Positions 59,567-64,000 of a DNA stretch of 64,000 bases are shown piece by piece; positions within the stretch are counted from its first letter, which is position 1, and every line of letters begins with the position of its first letter. Source of the stretch: the human T2T-CHM13v2.0 reference genome, Homo sapiens; NCBI RefSeq assembly GCF_009914755.1, contig NC_060934.1. One strand, written 5' to 3'. Made by a program: the position numbers and the translations under genes. The notes beneath the pieces were generated by a model. That model ran no database searches, was not told the DNA's origin, and saw nothing but the letters and a program-made list of their open reading frames with translations.

Positions 59567-61799
59567 GTGCCTGCAAAGGGGAGCTGGCCTAGAGACTTGA
59601 GCCAGTTCCTCTCTGTGGCTCAGTTTTCACACTGATAAACCAGGGGTTTAGATGACCTGGCAGGGATCTTTCTGCCCTTAAAACCTCATGACAATCAGAC
59701 AGACATTCCCTGATGTCCCCTCTACCAGGGGCAGATCTGTGGGTTTCCGCCCCATTCCTTTTAGCCACAGAGCATTTGGCTCAGCAGCCTTCTGCCAGCC
59801 TCAGAGCCCTAGGGATAGATAGAGAAGCTGTTCCCTGGGTGTCACATGCCATTTATTGGCCATTCCCTTGCCTTCCAGGAGGCCCTAACTCTGCAGGCAT
59901 TAGCGGAGTCCACTCAGATCTGAGATCTTTTCTGTAAGCTGAGCTGGATCACTAACTGGTACCTACTGGGAGGTAGGGCGGAGGCCAGAGTGGGTGGGGG
60001 CAGTCCTGCAGCTCCTCTGAGGCATCTGGGAGCCTTAATAGTTAACACACATGAAAGCCTGCAGCATTGGAACTGCAGAATGACCCCGCAGAGCCCTCCC
60101 TGTCTTGTTACAGATGAGGAGACTGAGGCCCAAAGTGGAACGTGCTGGCTAGGAGGATGTGAGCTCTGGGAGCTCCACGTGGCTCACAATCTGGTCTCTG
60201 GGCCAACCCATGCGGCCCACCATGCCTCTCGTTGTGTGGTCCATCTAGGATGGGCAGCCCCGCCAGGCTTAAGCCCTCAACTTAAGCTGCTGAGCCCCTA
60301 GGAAAAGAGAGTGCCATCTCAGGACAGGTCCGAGGGGCTGCCTGCTCCTGAACACTGGTCCCTTCTTGGACCCGCACTGTCAGCCTAAATCAAGAACCCC
60401 CTCCCAGCCCATGGGTCCTCCCACCCCAGCCAGGGCAGCCCCCATGGAAGCTTTCCAGAAATATCCACGCACAGTGCGGTGAGCTCCAGAAATGAAAAGG
60501 CTCTCACACTCCCTGCTCCCTCCCGTTTTCCACTCACTGCTGCTCAGGGGAGTTAATAAGCAGAGGTGAAAAAGCTGGCCCTGTCCTGATGAGATCTCGT
60601 TTGAGGCAGCTGGGTCTGGGCTAATGCCAGAGAAGGAATTCTTCACTGCCGGGCCTTCACTCCACCGGGGATGAGGCCAGGGCCTAGAACTTAGGGACTG
60701 GCCTGGGCTGTCGCTCAGAGGATGCCGGGGGCCAGAGCTTTGTCTCCTTCCTGGGCTGGGAGTCCCACTGGGTCCTTAGTTCACATGTGGTGCCTGGTAC
60801 AGCACCCACCTTCAGGCCTCTGCGCAAGTCAGCCCCTCTCCACTGCACTCTCTATCTGTACTCAGTAAGGCAGCAGTATTTAGTAAGCACCTACTATTTG
60901 TGTGGGTCTGTGCTCGGCTCTTCAGGAGACAAAGAAACAGACCTGTGCCAGCCACAGGGGAGCTCACAGTCTAGGCCACTGTAGGTCACATGCAGGAAGA
61001 AAATTTGTGATGCACCGTGTCCACGGGGCAAGGGATGTGTTGAGATCAAAAGAGGAGGAGTCCTTGGGGAGTGAGGGCCTATGGAAGGCTTCCTGGAGGA
61101 GGATGACTGTAATGGATTGACACTCAGAGCATTTCAAGAATTTCAGGTGGGGCTAGGGCTGGGGCAGGTGATAGTGCTTGTACCAGAGCATCACTGGGCA
61201 CACACCTGGCCCTGTCCTGCGACAGGAAGGCCCAGCAAGGACGGAGCCATGCTATTGAGGCAGCCACAGGCTCAGACCTGGTACATCGTAGGCCATATCC
61301 CTATGAAGTGAATGACCAGCACAGAGCACTGCTTTTTAAATGTAGTAGGCACTCAATAAATGCTGACCAAATGAAGGGTACATCACATACACTCAAGTAT
61401 CCACAGAGCAACCGAGAGCTCAGGTCAGGAAGCAGCAGGGATGAGGAGATAGGGTGCGAGGCCTCTGGGGCAGGGGCAGGGCTCACAGCAGCTCAGCCTC
61501 ATTCACTGGAACCCAGAGTAGTGGGTGCCTGCTGGGGGCATCCTTCAGAGCCACACGTCACCCTCCTAAGGGCACACTGTGACACCTGACCAAGCAGGAA
61601 CATGGCGGGTGAGGACGCCTAGGGCCCAGCTGGGAGCCTCCCTGGGGCACATTTGTACCCAGTGTTTGGTGTATGCCCTAGACAGACCCACCCTCCCTAG
61701 AGCTTCTAGGACAGGAGGAAAATGAGCACCTGTGGCATGTCTGTCACTGAAGAGCAGAGGACAGGCCAGCTACAAAGCCCTTAGATGGTCATGGTTATG

Positions 61800-62000
61800 A
61801 TAATAGTAATAATGACAACAGTGTCAGCAGCCAGGGCATCATTTATTTGATCCCAGTGACACCCTATAAGGTAGGGACCAGTATCATCTCCATTTTATGG
61901 ATGAGGAAACTGAGACAGAGGGAAGTTAGGAAAATAGACAAAGTCTCCAGGTGCAGAACTGGATAGGAACTTGGGTCCTTTGACCCTAAATTCCAGACTG
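61800..62000 (-). mobile_element. MIR SINE
   Basis: tctccattttatggatgaggaaactgagacagag. Confidence 0.8.
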
Positions 62001-62545
62001 GCCTTTGGTTGGCCTCTCACTCAACCTAAGGAGCATCCCATCCAACCTTCACTCCTGTCATATGGAGCATGAGGGCCACCGTTGCATCTTTTGACACAAA
62101 AGAGGAGGAGGACACGAACTCTCCAAAAAATCATTTTAAGTTTTCCATTATCAAACTTTACACAGGTCCTTCTCATACCTTCCCAGCTCCATGGGAAAGA
62201 TGAACAACCAGTGGCTGGATAATGGGCCCTTCCCCTGAATTGGTCCTTTGTAACGGAAGTAAATTTTCTGCCAGCCTTTGGTGCCCAGCAGTTTGATAAT
62301 ACAGGTGTTTAAATGGTAGTGACTGTGGGGCCAGCCAGGAGAGGAGGCAGTGAGTCAGATGGGGGATTCACAGGAATTAAAGGCACTTAATCTCAGTACA
62401 ATATGATTTTTCCAAATCTGCTGGCTCTGCACCAAGAATGAGCTGACCCTGGACACCCTGGGGCCTGGGCTGCTCAGGGCCTGTTTGGCTGTATCAGGGA
62501 GGGCTCTGGGCTGAGGAACTCCTGGGAGGTGGCACTGGCCTAGGG

Positions 62546-62764
62546 CAAGCTTGTCCAACCCGTGACCCATGGGCCACACGTGGCTCAGGACGACTTTGAA
62601 TGTGGCCCAACATAAATTCGTAAACTTTCTTAAAACATGATGAGATTTTTTTGCGAACTTTTTTCTTTTTTTTAGCTCATCAGCTGTTGTGAGTGTATTT
62701 TATGTGTGACCCAAGACAATTCTTCCAATGTGGCCCAGGGAAGCCAAAAGATTGGATGTCCCTG
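62546..62764 (-). mobile_element. MER30 (hAT-Charlie) MITE, full length
   Basis: caagcttgtccaacc...aaattcgtaaactttcttaaaaca...gggaagccaaaagattgga..ccctg; 8-bp target-site duplication gcctaggg / gcctagag. Confidence 0.92.
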
Positions 62765-63059
62765 GCCTAGAGGCTCTGAGAGCAGATTAGGACCAAAGGG
62801 TCCAAGGGCAGCCTAGTGTCCCTGTTGCTAGGAAGCCCCTTAGGCCACAGAGGACAGTGGACAGTGGGGCGGGGAGCAGGGGGCGGGGTGGCTTCTCCAG
62901 GAGTGTAATGAGGAAGAATTTTGAGAATATACCTTGATCAACAGACAGAGAGCAAGGGACCTGCCTAAGACTACCCAGCCAGGATTTAAGACCAAATCTT
63001 TGCTGTTAATCACTATGTTATCCTGTAGAGTGTGTGTTATGTGTTGGGGGAATCTTAAT

Positions 63060-63255
63060 GGTAGCTGTGTTAATTAGCACTTACCCCAGTCATTTTATAT
63101 GTATTATCTAATTTAATCTTCATAGAAATCTGTTTCAAGTATGAGTAAACTGAAGAACAGAGACGCTAGGTAATATGCTCGTGATCACACAGCCACTGGG
63201 AGGTAGGATTAGAATTTGAACGCGGCTCCATCTAACTTTCAAGCCTGAACCCTCA
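63060..63255 (-). mobile_element. MIR SINE
   Basis: gtattatctaatttaatcttcata...atgagtaaactga...gatcacacagc...atttgaac. Confidence 0.7.
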
Positions 63256-64000
63256 GCCAGACCCTGGCACAGAGCATCCACCTCAAGGGACCGAGACCCC
63301 TGCCAACCAGAAAGATCAGGGAAGCTTCTTGGAGGGCATGTCAGAATTTGTTTCCGATGGAGCTGGTCTGTAAACTTCAGGTTCCCTGACCTCCCAAGGG
63401 CTCTTGCTCATCCTCAGATTGCTTCATGGGGCCCACTTGCTGGGTGCTTGGAGGGTGAGGTGCATCGTGGGTGCATTCCTCAGATCCCACTGGGATTGCT
63501 GAAGCGGCCAGCACAGGTTGCACCCACCAGCTTTGGGGCAGGCCTGCCCATATTAGATTGCAGCTTGGAGCCCTTCTCAGCATCACCCAGGACAGTTCTC
63601 TCAGCCAGGGTGGGGTCAGCGTCGGGGACACCGGGGACACACAGCTCCCACTGGGAGGGGCAGGGAAGGGCCGTGACCAACTGGACAGAAGAGAGTTAGT
63701 GAAGACAAAGGCACGCCAATCCCTGGACTCCCAGTTGTCGGCTCCAAAGGGATGAGTAGGAGAAGTGGCAGGTGGTGAGGCCCTGCCAGTAGATTGCACC
63801 TCCATTTGATGGGCAGTGGGGAGCCGGTGAGGGTTTTGATCTGTAGAATGACTGTGTGCCATTTCTCACTGAGTTTTCATAGAAACCTAGCATGTCAGAG
63901 GACAGAGACCAAACACTGTCAGGAGAGTGGCTCTGCTCCCCTGGGTGCTGGCAGGGAAGGGATGCTCATGTTGGGAATCCCCTTTGTAGCTGAGATGTCC

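Overview
Mammalian (almost certainly human) GC-rich, CpG-depleted genomic DNA with no credible protein-coding exon. Three short + strand exons with canonical splice sites (8218-8327, 110 nt; 28986-29081, 96 nt; 51362-51442, 81 nt) join into a sequence I recognise from memory as part of the ZMIZ1 (RAI17/Zimp10) 5'UTR, most likely exons 2-4. The window would then be the end of intron 1 to the start of intron 4, with the main AUG downstream and outside the window. The rest is intronic: many old MIR, L2 and L3 fragments, an L1M remnant split by an MLT1 LTR, several hAT MITEs (MER5, MER30, MER45A, MER81), only five Alus, microsatellites, and several AT-rich motif-dense islands that look like conserved enhancers. 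Repeat names come from recalled consensus sequences and their boundaries are approximate. I found no clearly new biological system. The best leads are two perfect palindromic estrogen response elements plus other nuclear-receptor elements in a gene encoding a nuclear-receptor coactivator, micro-uORFs carried on separate 5'UTR exons, a templated two-block insertion into a MIR, and a duplicated microsatellite whose first copy is (CG)n-rich.
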